From assembly GCA_027295555.1 (NCBI GenBank), contig JAPUKT010000222.1, positions 1 through 30,978 of the forward strand: 30,978 bases of DNA. Direction: 5' to 3'. This document shows positions 7,383 through 16,257 of this stretch, piece by piece (positions within the stretch are counted from its first letter, which is position 1; each line of letters starts with the position of its first letter). The notes beneath the pieces are model-generated. The model worked only from the letters and a program-made list of their open reading frames with translations, did no database searches and had not been told where the DNA came from. The DNA is from Deltaproteobacteria bacterium (GTDB lineage: Bacteria > Myxococcota_A > Polyangia > Polyangiales > Houyiibacteriaceae). A program made the translations under genes and the position numbers.

Positions 7383-9299
7383 CTAAGCGTCGCCCTTCAA
7401 GTACGTGTAGCCGCGAAGGCTTTCTTCGTAATGACGCATGAAAGTGCGGAGCTGCGGAAGCGTCATGCGACCCTGGTTGAGCGCTCGTTCGGCCTGTTTG
7501 CGCACACGCTCGACCATCTCTTCGGGGTCGTACTGGAGGTAGCGCAGCACTTCGTCGATAGCGTCGCCCTTGATCACGTTGGCCACGCTGTACCCGTAGT
7601 CTTCGAGCCTCACGTGAACGGCGTTGGTGTCCCCGAAGAGGTTGTGAAGATCACCTAGGATCTCCTGGTACGCCCCACCGAGAAACATCCCGAGGAGATA
7701 CGGCTCACCGCTGTGCACCGGATGAAGGTCGAGGCCGCGCTGGACTTCCTCGACGTCGATGAAGTGGTCCACGATGCCGTCGGAGTCGCAGGTCAAATCT
7801 GCGAGCCTCGCGCGGACGCTGGGCTGCTCGTCCAACCGATGAATCGGCATGAACGGGAACAAGTGATCCATGGCCCAGATGTCGGGCGCAGATTGGAAGA
7901 GCGAGAAGTTGCAGTAGTAGATGGCGCCGAGTAGCTCATCCACGGTGTTGAGCTCTTCGGGCACGTACTTCAGGCGCTTCATGCTTTGGCTGATCTTCTC
8001 GCAGCAGCTCCAAAACAAGTGCTCGGCGCGCGCGAGATCACGAATCCCGAGGTAGCCAAACTTGAAGAGGCTCCGCGCCTCTTCGAGGGCCTGTTGCGCG
8101 TCGTGCCACGATTCCTGCACATTCTTCGGCTGGACGCCCTTCCAGGTCTCGTAGAACTCATCGAGAATTCGGTGGTCTTCGGGGGATGGCGGCGTCGGGT
8201 CGTCGAAACCCACGGAATCGACCCCGAGCGCGTCGAAGATCAACACCGACTGGTACGCTGCGATCGAACGGCCGCTTTCGCTGACGATGGTGGGAGGCTG
8301 GATGCTCGCCTTCTCGCAAGCTGCCTGGATCGCAAACACGACATCGTAGGCGTATTCCGGAAGGTCGTAGTTCATCGAGCCACGGAAATCCGTCTTCGAC
8401 CCGTCGTAGTCGACGGCAAGCCCACCACCGACATCGAGGAAACCCATCGTACAGCCCATCTTCACGAGCTCGACGTAGACCTGAGCGGCTTCGCGCATCG
8501 CGTTCTTGACAGGGATGATGCTCGAGACCTGACTTCCGAGGTGGAAGTGCAAGAGCTTGAGACAATCGAGCATGTCTCGCCTCTCGAGCTCGTCGACGAG
8601 TTGGACGATCTCCGACATAGCCAGACCAAACTTCGCTCGGTCGCCCGCCGAGTCGGCCCAGCGTCCGATCCCTTTACTGCTGAGCTTGGTTCTCACGCCG
8701 AGGCAAGGGCGGATGCCTAGCTTTTCGGAGGCGCGGAAAGCGAGTTCGAGCTCCTCGATGCGTTCGAGCACGACCACCACCGTGTTGTCGAAGCGTTGCG
8801 CGACGAGCGCGGTCTCTAGATAAGCTAGGTCTTTGTACCCGTTGCAGATGATGAAACCGTCTTCGTCTTCCATCGCAGCGAGGGCGATCAATAGCTCGGG
8901 CTTCGAGCCGGCTTCCAACCCAAAGCGCCACGGTCGACCCGATTCGACGATCTCTTCGACGAAATGTCTTTGCTGGTTGACCTTGATGGGAAAGACACCT
9001 CGATAGTTACCCTTGTACTCATACTCCAAGATCGCGTTCTCGAAGCACTGGTTGAGCAGTCGAATGCGGTCTCGGATGATATTCGGGAATCGGATCAGAA
9101 GTGGAAGATCGATCCCACGTTCACCGAGCTGTCTGGTGAGGTCGTACAGATCGATCGCTTTATCGACGGTCGGATCAGGGCGCACTTCGACGTGGCCGCG
9201 CTCGTTGATACGGAAATAGGGCTCACCCCAGCCTTTGATCTGGTAGAGCCTCGCACTCTTTTCGATGCTCCAATCCAGGGGCTGGCCGTTGCCGTCCAT
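7383..9299 (-). CDS. speA: Biosynthetic arginine decarboxylase
   Basis: FPIKVNQ (PLP Lys), GLEAGSKPEL, CNGYKD, HFHLGSQ, DVGGGLAVDYDG, ESGR, NFSLFQSAPD, TCDSDG and GAYQEILGDLHNLFGD motifs. ATG at 9299 (alternative TTG at 9308). Confidence 0.96.
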   Translation of the reverse strand: MDGNGQPLDWSIEKSARLYQIKGWGEPYFRINERGHVEVRPDPTVDKAIDLYDLTRQLGERGIDLPLLIRFPNIIRDRIRLLNQCFENAILEYEYKGNYRGVFPIKVNQQRHFVEEIVESGRPWRFGLEAGSKPELLIALAAMEDEDGFIICNGYKDLAYLETALVAQRFDNTVVVVLERIEELELAFRASEKLGIRPCLGVRTKLSSKGIGRWADSAGDRAKFGLAMSEIVQLVDELERRDMLDCLKLLHFHLGSQVSSIIPVKNAMREAAQVYVELVKMGCTMGFLDVGGGLAVDYDGSKTDFRGSMNYDLPEYAYDVVFAIQAACEKASIQPPTIVSESGRSIAAYQSVLIFDALGVDSVGFDDPTPPSPEDHRILDEFYETWKGVQPKNVQESWHDAQQALEEARSLFKFGYLGIRDLARAEHLFWSCCEKISQSMKRLKYVPEELNTVDELLGAIYYCNFSLFQSAPDIWAMDHLFPFMPIHRLDEQPSVRARLADLTCDSDGIVDHFIDVEEVQRGLDLHPVHSGEPYLLGMFLGGAYQEILGDLHNLFGDTNAVHVRLEDYGYSVANVIKGDAIDEVLRYLQYDPEEMVERVRKQAERALNQGRMTLPQLRTFMRHYEESLRGYTYLKGDA

Positions 9300-9399
9300 G
9301 AGGCCCAAGGCCTAGCACACCGCGGTGGCGTTGGGATGGCGCCGGATTCGTTGCTCCGGCGCCCCGGCCGTGGTAGCCGAATGGGCGAGGGGGAAGCCC

Positions 9400-11748
9400 A
9401 TGAAGAGCCGTTTGTCGTTGGTTCTTGTCTTTGTTTTATTCGGATTCGCATGTTCGGAGGCCGCCGGAAAGTCCGAGCCCCCGTCGGCGGAAGTGACCGC
9501 CGAGGCTGTCCAAGAAGAGACTCGGGAGACAGAGCCCGCTTCGGCCGCCGCACCGCTTGCTCTCGCCCCGGCGGGGACGTCCACGTACATGGACCTCCTG
9601 GCGCTCCTTCACCTGGCGGATGTCTACGACCCTGCCGGTTTGTTCATCGACTTCGGAACCGCCGCACGACCGAAATACACCAACGGCAATTGGAACAGTG
9701 GTTGGCAAGGCGAGATCCAAGAGGGAGGCAAATCCGTGTCGACCTTTAGAAAGACGGCTCGGCTCTACCTTCCCATCGACGACACACAGCCGATGCAGCT
9801 CCGTATTCGGGCGAAGGCGTACGTCTCCGGACCCCTGATCACGTACCTCAATGGAAAAACTCTCAAAGAGGTACGCGCATCTAGAGACGAGGGATTCGTC
9901 GAGCTCGTCGTGCCGATCCCGAGTGAAAACGTCCGGCTTGGCGAAAACTCGATCCTGTTCCGCGCCACCAAGACCCGCCAGGTTCGCGGCAAAGCGCGTT
10001 CGTTCGCCGTCGACTGGGTACGCCTCGAAGCCGTTAGGCCAGAGGGCGAAGCTCCCGTCGCGCCAGTGCGAGTCGCCGTCGACGAAGTCAACGTGGCGGG
10101 GATCGGTCGCCGCGCCATTCGGCTTGCACCCGGAGTGCGTACCGATTGGTTCGTCGAGGTGCCGAAGGACGCGTCACTGGTGTTCGGTGCGGCCACGACG
10201 TCTGATGGCGATGGCGCGCTCGAGGTCGCGACCAAGAGCGATCGAAAAGCTGCAAATCACGACGTCCGCGTTCGCGACGCCTGGTCCGACCACCGAATTT
10301 CATTGAACAGTCTCACAGGGGAGGTCGTGCGCGTTCGCTTTCGCAACGCAGGTTCAGCCGAGCTCGCGCTGAGCGATGTTCGGATCGTGAAAAAGGCAGG
10401 CGAGCCGATCGCGATCGACAAGCCCGCGCGCAACGTCATCGTCCTTCTCATAGACACCCTGCGGGCGAGCAAGCTCTCGATCTACAACCCGAAAACGCGG
10501 GTGAAGACGCCTGCGCTCGATGCATTCGCAGCGGAGGGGACCATCTTCGAGCGATCGCAAACTCCCGAGAACTGGACCAAACCTGCGGTGGCCAGCGTGT
10601 TGACCTCGCTGCATCCCGCAACGCACAACACCAAGGAAGATGCGTCGAAGCTCCCGAGGTCGGCGCTCATGCTGAGTGAGGTTTACCAGAAGGCCGGGTT
10701 CGAGACCGGAAGCTTCATTGCCAACGGATACGTGTCGAACGCATTCGGGTTCGATCAAGGTTGGGACCACTACACCAACTACATTCGGGAGCGGCGCAAC
10801 ACCAATGCGTCCAACGTATTCGGTGAGGCGGCCTCGTGGATAGAGAAAAACAAGGATAAGCGCTTTTTCGCGTATATCCAGACTATCGATCCGCATGTTC
10901 CGTACGACCCGCCCGACGAGTTCCTGAAGATATACGACCCCGAGCCGTACAACGGGCAGGTTCGAAATCGGCGGACCCACTTGATGCTGGACGGGGTAAA
11001 AAAGAACCCGAAAAAGTACTCCTTCACGAAGCGCGACGAGGAGCGCATCGAAGCGCTACACGACGGAGAGATCAGCTATCACGACGAACACTTTGGGCGA
11101 TTTCTCGCCAAGCTGCGGGAGCTCGACCTCGAAGACGACACCGTCATCGTGATCACGTCCGACCACGGCGAGGAGTTTCAGGAGCATGGCTCGTGGGGCC
11201 ACGGGCATTCGGTCTACCAAGAGCTGCTCGCCGTGCCGTTGTTGTTCCGATGGCCGGGTGTCGTTCCGGCGGGCGCGCGGGTTGGGCCCGTGGTCAGCAC
11301 GATGGACATCGGGCCCACGGTCCTGGAAGCCACGGGCGTCCCGATCCCCAAAGAGTTCGAAGGCCACAGCTTGATGGGGTTCATGCGAGGCGACTGGCCG
11401 ATGGGGCCGTACGTCGCGTTCAGCGATTTCCTCGACCATCGTCGTGTGATTCGCGGCGGCGACTGGAAGTTGATCGTCCGCGGCAACCTGTCGCAGGTCA
11501 TCTTCGACTTACAAAGCGATCCCTGGGAGAAGAAGGAGCTCGACGGGCGCGCCAATCCCATCGCGCAGCGGTACCTTCGAACCCTTCACGGCCAGTTCCT
11601 CGGCGCGCAGGACCGCGGAAAATGGCTGACTGCGGCGACCGGTCCGTCAAACGAGAAGCGTTTGACCAAGGAGAAGCAGGAAATGACTCCCGAGCTTTGC
11701 CGCCAGCTCGTGGCGCTCGGTTATATCAGCGCGGAATGTAGGCGATAG
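9400..11748 (+). CDS. Sulfatase-like (alkaline phosphatase superfamily) lipoprotein with ~370-aa N-terminal extension
   Basis: Lipoprotein-type signal MKSRLSLVLVFVLFGFAC; NVIVLLIDTLRA, WTKPAVAS, DPHVPY, YHDEHFG, TSDHGEEFQEHG, GHGHSVYQE and C-terminal L..LGY motifs. Confidence 0.85.
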   Translation: MKSRLSLVLVFVLFGFACSEAAGKSEPPSAEVTAEAVQEETRETEPASAAAPLALAPAGTSTYMDLLALLHLADVYDPAGLFIDFGTAARPKYTNGNWNSGWQGEIQEGGKSVSTFRKTARLYLPIDDTQPMQLRIRAKAYVSGPLITYLNGKTLKEVRASRDEGFVELVVPIPSENVRLGENSILFRATKTRQVRGKARSFAVDWVRLEAVRPEGEAPVAPVRVAVDEVNVAGIGRRAIRLAPGVRTDWFVEVPKDASLVFGAATTSDGDGALEVATKSDRKAANHDVRVRDAWSDHRISLNSLTGEVVRVRFRNAGSAELALSDVRIVKKAGEPIAIDKPARNVIVLLIDTLRASKLSIYNPKTRVKTPALDAFAAEGTIFERSQTPENWTKPAVASVLTSLHPATHNTKEDASKLPRSALMLSEVYQKAGFETGSFIANGYVSNAFGFDQGWDHYTNYIRERRNTNASNVFGEAASWIEKNKDKRFFAYIQTIDPHVPYDPPDEFLKIYDPEPYNGQVRNRRTHLMLDGVKKNPKKYSFTKRDEERIEALHDGEISYHDEHFGRFLAKLRELDLEDDTVIVITSDHGEEFQEHGSWGHGHSVYQELLAVPLLFRWPGVVPAGARVGPVVSTMDIGPTVLEATGVPIPKEFEGHSLMGFMRGDWPMGPYVAFSDFLDHRRVIRGGDWKLIVRGNLSQVIFDLQSDPWEKKELDGRANPIAQRYLRTLHGQFLGAQDRGKWLTAATGPSNEKRLTKEKQEMTPELCRQLVALGYISAECRR

Positions 11749-11788
11749 GTGGGGGCGGTGGGGTAGGCGATAGTGTGGGGGCGGTGGG
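11738..11788. repeat. G-rich 25/26-bp direct duplication
   Basis: GTAGGCGATAG-GTGGGGGCGGTGGG (11738-11762) followed by GTAGGCGATAGTGTGGGGGCGGTGGG (11763-11788). Confidence 0.85.
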
Positions 11789-11790
11789 GC

Positions 11791-11912
11791 GGGACAACTT
11801 GACGGGCCGCAGGCCCGACCGGGATCAACCACGCGGTCGGCGTGGTGGGGTGGGACCAATTGACGGGCCGCACGCCCGACCGGGATCAACCACGCGGTCG
11901 GCGTTGTGGGCT
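11791..11912. repeat. Two tandem copies of a 61-bp palindromic (REP-like) element
   Basis: Units 11791-11851 and 11852-11912 are 56/61 identical. The core GCCCGACCGGGATCAACCACGCGGTCGGCGT contains the inverted repeat CCGACCG/CGGTCGG. Confidence 0.88.
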
Positions 11913-12893
11913 GGCGCCGCCGATCTTCGCTACCAAGGTCGTGATTAGGTAGCCGAGGCCGACTAAGCCCGCCGCCATCATTACGTCTGTGAACGAGGGC
12001 GAGTAGAACACGGTGGGGTACTTGTCCGGGGTGAGCTCGGCGAGCCGCTCCGCCGTCAGGACTTTCCCTTTGAATACTTCGCCGACCTGCGGCGCGACGC
12101 CTTCTTGGAACGGCCAAAGGCCAAGTACCGCGCCGACGAGGAGCCCCATCAGTACGCCGAGGGTGGGTTGCTCGTACCGTTCGAGGACGAGCTTGATGAG
12201 ATTGCTGATCAGCAGGATCCCTATGGCCACCCCGACTCCCACCGGGAGCACCACGCCGAGGATAGGCTCCGATGCGCTTGCCAAGTCGTTCGCTTTGAGG
12301 GCCTCCTTTAGGGCGTCGATCGCGCTCAGCACCGGGATGTACACGCCGAGCACCAGCAGGAGGTAACCTCCGCTCACCCCTGGGAGGATCATCGCGCTCG
12401 CGCCTGCGACCCCGGCCACGAACATCATCGGTGCCCCCTCGCGGTGAGCCCCTTCGCCCGAGCCGGCGACTTGCAGCCAGGCGAGCGCCGCCATCGCGAT
12501 GACTCCAACCGCCGCCCCCACCCAAAATCCGCGGCTCGGAGGTCGTGCCATGTCCCAGAGGACCGGAACACCGCCCAAGGTGAGGCCGATGAAGAGGCTG
12601 TACATTGCCCAGCGATGCTCGACGACTACATCCTTGACCGGCCCGGCGCCGAGGAGGATCGCCACCGCTGCTGCGGCGCCCACCAGTCCCAGCACCGCGA
12701 ATGCGCTCTTTCGAAAGCGGAGGCTGCTCAGGTCGGCCAGCGCCTCGATGAACCGCGGGTAGACCCCAGCCGCGAGCAGCATGGTGCCCCCGCTGATACC
12801 GGGCACCAGGTTCGCCAGGCCCATGAGTACGCCGCCCAAGAGGTAGCGAACGCCTGATTTCGGGCTCATCACGGTACTTGGTTCTCCGCTCAT
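11886..12893 (-). CDS. DUF368 family membrane protein (PopT-like polyprenyl-phosphate translocase family)
   Basis: Duplicated motifs GLANLVPGISGGTM and AMILPGVSGGYLLL; many hydrophobic segments; GLLVGA. Alternative start at 12869. Confidence 0.88.
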   Translation of the reverse strand: MSGEPSTVMSPKSGVRYLLGGVLMGLANLVPGISGGTMLLAAGVYPRFIEALADLSSLRFRKSAFAVLGLVGAAAAVAILLGAGPVKDVVVEHRWAMYSLFIGLTLGGVPVLWDMARPPSRGFWVGAAVGVIAMAALAWLQVAGSGEGAHREGAPMMFVAGVAGASAMILPGVSGGYLLLVLGVYIPVLSAIDALKEALKANDLASASEPILGVVLPVGVGVAIGILLISNLIKLVLERYEQPTLGVLMGLLVGAVLGLWPFQEGVAPQVGEVFKGKVLTAERLAELTPDKYPTVFYSPSFTDVMMAAGLVGLGYLITTLVAKIGGASPQRRPRG

Positions 12894-12975
12894 TGCGCGG
12901 GTTTACGGCAAATGAGCCGCCTATCCAAGATCCAAAACTCCTCTCGTGCGTCTATTGGGCTAATGAGGAGCAAAC

Positions 12976-14580
12976 ATGAAGCAAGCAATCGCTGTTTTGG
13001 GTCTGTCCGTGGCCATGGCTTGGCCGACGACGACGCGTGCGTTCTGTGGTTTTTACGTGAGCGGAGCGGATGCGTCGCTCTACAACAACGCGACCATGGT
13101 CGTCATGATGCGAGAGGGCACACGAACCGTGCTCTCGATGCAGAATAACTACCAAGGGCCGCCCGAAGACTTCGCGATGATCGTTCCGGTGCCGGTGGTC
13201 CTGCAAGAAGAGAACGTGAAGACGCTGCCTCGCGAGATCTTCTCCAGGGTGGACAAGCTCGCGGCGCCGCGCCTCGTCGAGTACTGGGAGCAAGACCCTT
13301 GTCGCCCGATGGTGGTGGCCGAGATGGCGATGCTCCCGGCAGCTGGCGCCGCGCGCAAGTCGAGGGCGGCCGAAGACCGTGACGAGAAGTACGGAGTCAC
13401 GATCGAGGCCCAGTTCAAGGTCGCCGAGTACGACATCGTCATTTTGAGCGCGAAGGACTCGGGCGGTCTCGAGAAGTGGCTGCGAAAGAACAAATACAAC
13501 ATCCCCAAGGGCGCCAACACACTGCTTCGGCCGTACGTCGAGCAGAACACCAAATTCTTCGTCGCCAAGGTGGACGCCGAGAAGGTGAAGTTTCGGGACG
13601 GGAGGGCCGTGCTGTCACCGCTTCGGTTCCACTACGATGCGCCGACCTTCACGCTTCCGGTTCGTCTCGGGCTACTCAACAGCGGCGGCGAGCAGGACTT
13701 GATCGTCCACATTCTCGCCAAGCGCCAGCGATACGAAGTGGCCAACTACAAGAACGCATCGATCCCGACCAACATCCGGGTCGAAGACAGCGTTCGAGAG
13801 AGCTTTGGGGGCTTTTACAACGCGTTGTTCGCGCGCACGGCCGAGAAGAACCCCGGGGCCGTGGTGACCGAGTACGCGTGGGACGCGACCAGCTGTGACC
13901 CTTGTCCCGAGCCGCCGCTTACGCCGCAAGAGCTCTCCACGCTCGGCGGCGACGTGATCGTGCCGGGCGCGCAAGACCCGTACTCCGACATCCCCGGTGT
14001 CGTCCCGCAGAAAACGCGACGCGTGGCTTGGCAACCCTATGGCTTCGTCCTGACGCGCCTTCACTACCGCTACAAAAAGAACGGGCTCGACGAGGACTTG
14101 GTGTTCCGAACGGCGGGCCCGATCGTCGGTGGACGCGGCATGCCGGATCAAAACGGCGACCTTCACGAGCGTCGTGCACAGGCGTCGGGGATCAACAACT
14201 TCCAGGGGAGGTATGTGATCCTCCATCCGTGGGAGGAGGCCATCGAGTGCGAGAACCCGCAGCGTGGCACGTGGGGCGGCCCGCCGGGACGCCCGGAGCC
14301 GAAGCCCTTCGCGGCCCCCAACATCATGCTCGAAGGTTCCGCTGCGCCCACACTCACGAATCAGCTCCCCGGGCTCATCCAAACCGACATCCCGGAGCTC
14401 GACCTGAAGGCGCGACCACCGGAGCCGGGGCCTGAGACCCACGACGGCGCGGGCCCCGCGAGCGGCGACACCAGCACGTCGGATGGCTGCAGTGTAAGCG
14501 CTGCGAGAACGGCATCGCTCGGTTGGATCGCGCTGATCATCGTTGCTATGTGGCTGACGAGGCGAAGGGCCGTCTATTAG
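12976..14580 (+). CDS. DUF2330 domain secreted protein with MYXO-CTERM-like C-terminal sorting signal
   Basis: Signal peptide followed by AFCGFYV; TVLSMQNNYQGPPEDFAMIVPVP, APRLVEYWEQDP and LSPLRFHY motifs; tail SDGCSVSAARTASLGWIALIIVAMWLTRRR. Confidence 0.82.
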   Translation: MKQAIAVLGLSVAMAWPTTTRAFCGFYVSGADASLYNNATMVVMMREGTRTVLSMQNNYQGPPEDFAMIVPVPVVLQEENVKTLPREIFSRVDKLAAPRLVEYWEQDPCRPMVVAEMAMLPAAGAARKSRAAEDRDEKYGVTIEAQFKVAEYDIVILSAKDSGGLEKWLRKNKYNIPKGANTLLRPYVEQNTKFFVAKVDAEKVKFRDGRAVLSPLRFHYDAPTFTLPVRLGLLNSGGEQDLIVHILAKRQRYEVANYKNASIPTNIRVEDSVRESFGGFYNALFARTAEKNPGAVVTEYAWDATSCDPCPEPPLTPQELSTLGGDVIVPGAQDPYSDIPGVVPQKTRRVAWQPYGFVLTRLHYRYKKNGLDEDLVFRTAGPIVGGRGMPDQNGDLHERRAQASGINNFQGRYVILHPWEEAIECENPQRGTWGGPPGRPEPKPFAAPNIMLEGSAAPTLTNQLPGLIQTDIPELDLKARPPEPGPETHDGAGPASGDTSTSDGCSVSAARTASLGWIALIIVAMWLTRRRAVY

Positions 14581-14583
14581 TTC

Positions 14584-16257
14584 ATGGCAGAATTCATCTT
14601 CACGATGAAGGGGGTTACGAAAGTTCATCCCCCCGACAAGAAGATCATCGAGGACCTCTATCTCTCGTTTTTCCCCGACGCGAAGATAGGGGTCATCGGC
14701 GTTAACGGAACGGGGAAATCCTCGTTGTTGCGGATCATGGCGGGCGAGGACGACACCTTCACCGGTGAGGCTTGGATTCGTCCTGGCGCGAAGGTCGGGT
14801 ATCTCCCGCAGGAGCCGGACCTCGGCGACGCCCAGACGGTGCTGGAGGCCGTCGAGGCGGGAGTCGAACCGGTTCGCGCGCTTCTCGACGAGTTCAACGA
14901 GCTCAGCATGAAGCTTGGTGAGCCGATGAGCGACGACGAGATGACCAAGCTTCTCGATCGACAGGGCGCGCTTCAAGACCGGATCGATGCTGTCGATGGC
15001 TGGAACCTCGAAAGCACGCTGGAGATCGCCATGGATGCGCTGCGGCTGCCGCCCGCCGATGCGAACCCCAAGTCACTATCGGGTGGAGAGAAACGACGCG
15101 TCGCTCTCTGCCGGTTGCTCCTCGAGAAGCCCGAGCTTCTGTTGCTGGACGAGCCGACCAACCATCTGGACGCCGAGTCGGTGGCGTGGCTTCAAGGGTA
15201 CCTTCAGCGATACCCGGGGTGCGTGATCCTGGTGACCCACGATCGGTATTTCCTGGACGAGATCGTGCAATGGATTCTGGAGCTCGACCGGGGGGAGGCG
15301 CATCCGTTCGAAGGAAACTACTCGCAATGGCTCGAGGCAAAGGATCAGCGGCTCGCTCAGGAAGACAAGAAGGATAGCGCGCGCAAGCGCAAGATCGCTC
15401 GCGAGCTCGAGTGGGTGCGATCGTCACCCAAGGCGCGTCAGACCAAGAGCAGGGCACGCATCACTGCGTTCGAGAGCCTGGTGGCCGACGCGGCCAAAGC
15501 GAGGAGCGACCCCAACGAGATCCGAATTCCGCCTGGGCCTCGACTGGGAACGCAGGTGTTCGAGGTTGAAGGGCTCACCAAAGCGTACGGCGACAAGCTG
15601 CTGTTCGAGGACTTGAGCTTTCGAGTCCCGCGCGGCGCCATCGTTGGCATCGTGGGTCCGAACGGTGCTGGCAAGACGACGCTGTTTCGAATGCTGGTGA
15701 GAGAGGAAACGCCAGACGCGGGCACGATCACCGTGGGTGAAACGGTAAAGATCGCCTACGTCGACCAGAGCCACGACGCGCTCGATGACGCCAACAACGT
15801 TTTCAAGGAAATCACGGGCGGCGCAGACGAAATCGACGTGGGCGCGGGTACCGTGAAGTCGCGGGCCTATGTCGGCTGGTTCAACTTCCGCGGCAGTGAT
15901 CAGCAAAAGCCCGTCAAAGACCTCTCGGGGGGCGAGCGCAATCGGGTCCATCTCGCGAAGCTCCTCAAAAGCGGTGGGAACGTGGTCCTTCTCGACGAGC
16001 CGACCAACGACATCGACGTCGAAACTCTCCGTTCCCTCGAGGAGGCGATCCTAGGCTTTCCCGGCTGTGCGCTGATCATCAGCCACGATCGCTGGCACCT
16101 CGATCGCATCTGTACCCACATCCTCGCGTTCGAGGGTGACAGCCGCGTCGTCTGGCTCGAAGGCTCCTACGCCGACTATGCCGCGGACCGCAAGGCCCGT
16201 CTGGGCACCGACGCGGAGGTCCCGCACCGCATCAAGTATCGAAAATTCTCTCGCTAG
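14584..16257 (+). CDS. ettA: Energy-dependent translational throttle protein EttA (ABC-F)
   Basis: [17 protein letters not shown] start; two ABC cassettes ([27 protein letters not shown] and [26 protein letters not shown]); C-terminal PHRIKYRK. Confidence 0.95.
   Translation: MAEFIFTMKGVTKVHPPDKKIIEDLYLSFFPDAKIGVIGVNGTGKSSLLRIMAGEDDTFTGEAWIRPGAKVGYLPQEPDLGDAQTVLEAVEAGVEPVRALLDEFNELSMKLGEPMSDDEMTKLLDRQGALQDRIDAVDGWNLESTLEIAMDALRLPPADANPKSLSGGEKRRVALCRLLLEKPELLLLDEPTNHLDAESVAWLQGYLQRYPGCVILVTHDRYFLDEIVQWILELDRGEAHPFEGNYSQWLEAKDQRLAQEDKKDSARKRKIARELEWVRSSPKARQTKSRARITAFESLVADAAKARSDPNEIRIPPGPRLGTQVFEVEGLTKAYGDKLLFEDLSFRVPRGAIVGIVGPNGAGKTTLFRMLVREETPDAGTITVGETVKIAYVDQSHDALDDANNVFKEITGGADEIDVGAGTVKSRAYVGWFNFRGSDQQKPVKDLSGGERNRVHLAKLLKSGGNVVLLDEPTNDIDVETLRSLEEAILGFPGCALIISHDRWHLDRICTHILAFEGDSRVVWLEGSYADYAADRKARLGTDAEVPHRIKYRKFSR

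Noticed and set aside
11738-11912. Repeats as a possible mini-CRISPR array
   Set aside because: The units are directly head-to-tail with no unique spacers, there are only two copies of each, and no cas genes are in the window.
13672-14976. 434-aa minus-strand ORF across the DUF2330/ettA junction
   Set aside because: Antisense to two well-supported genes; the translation is not protein-like.
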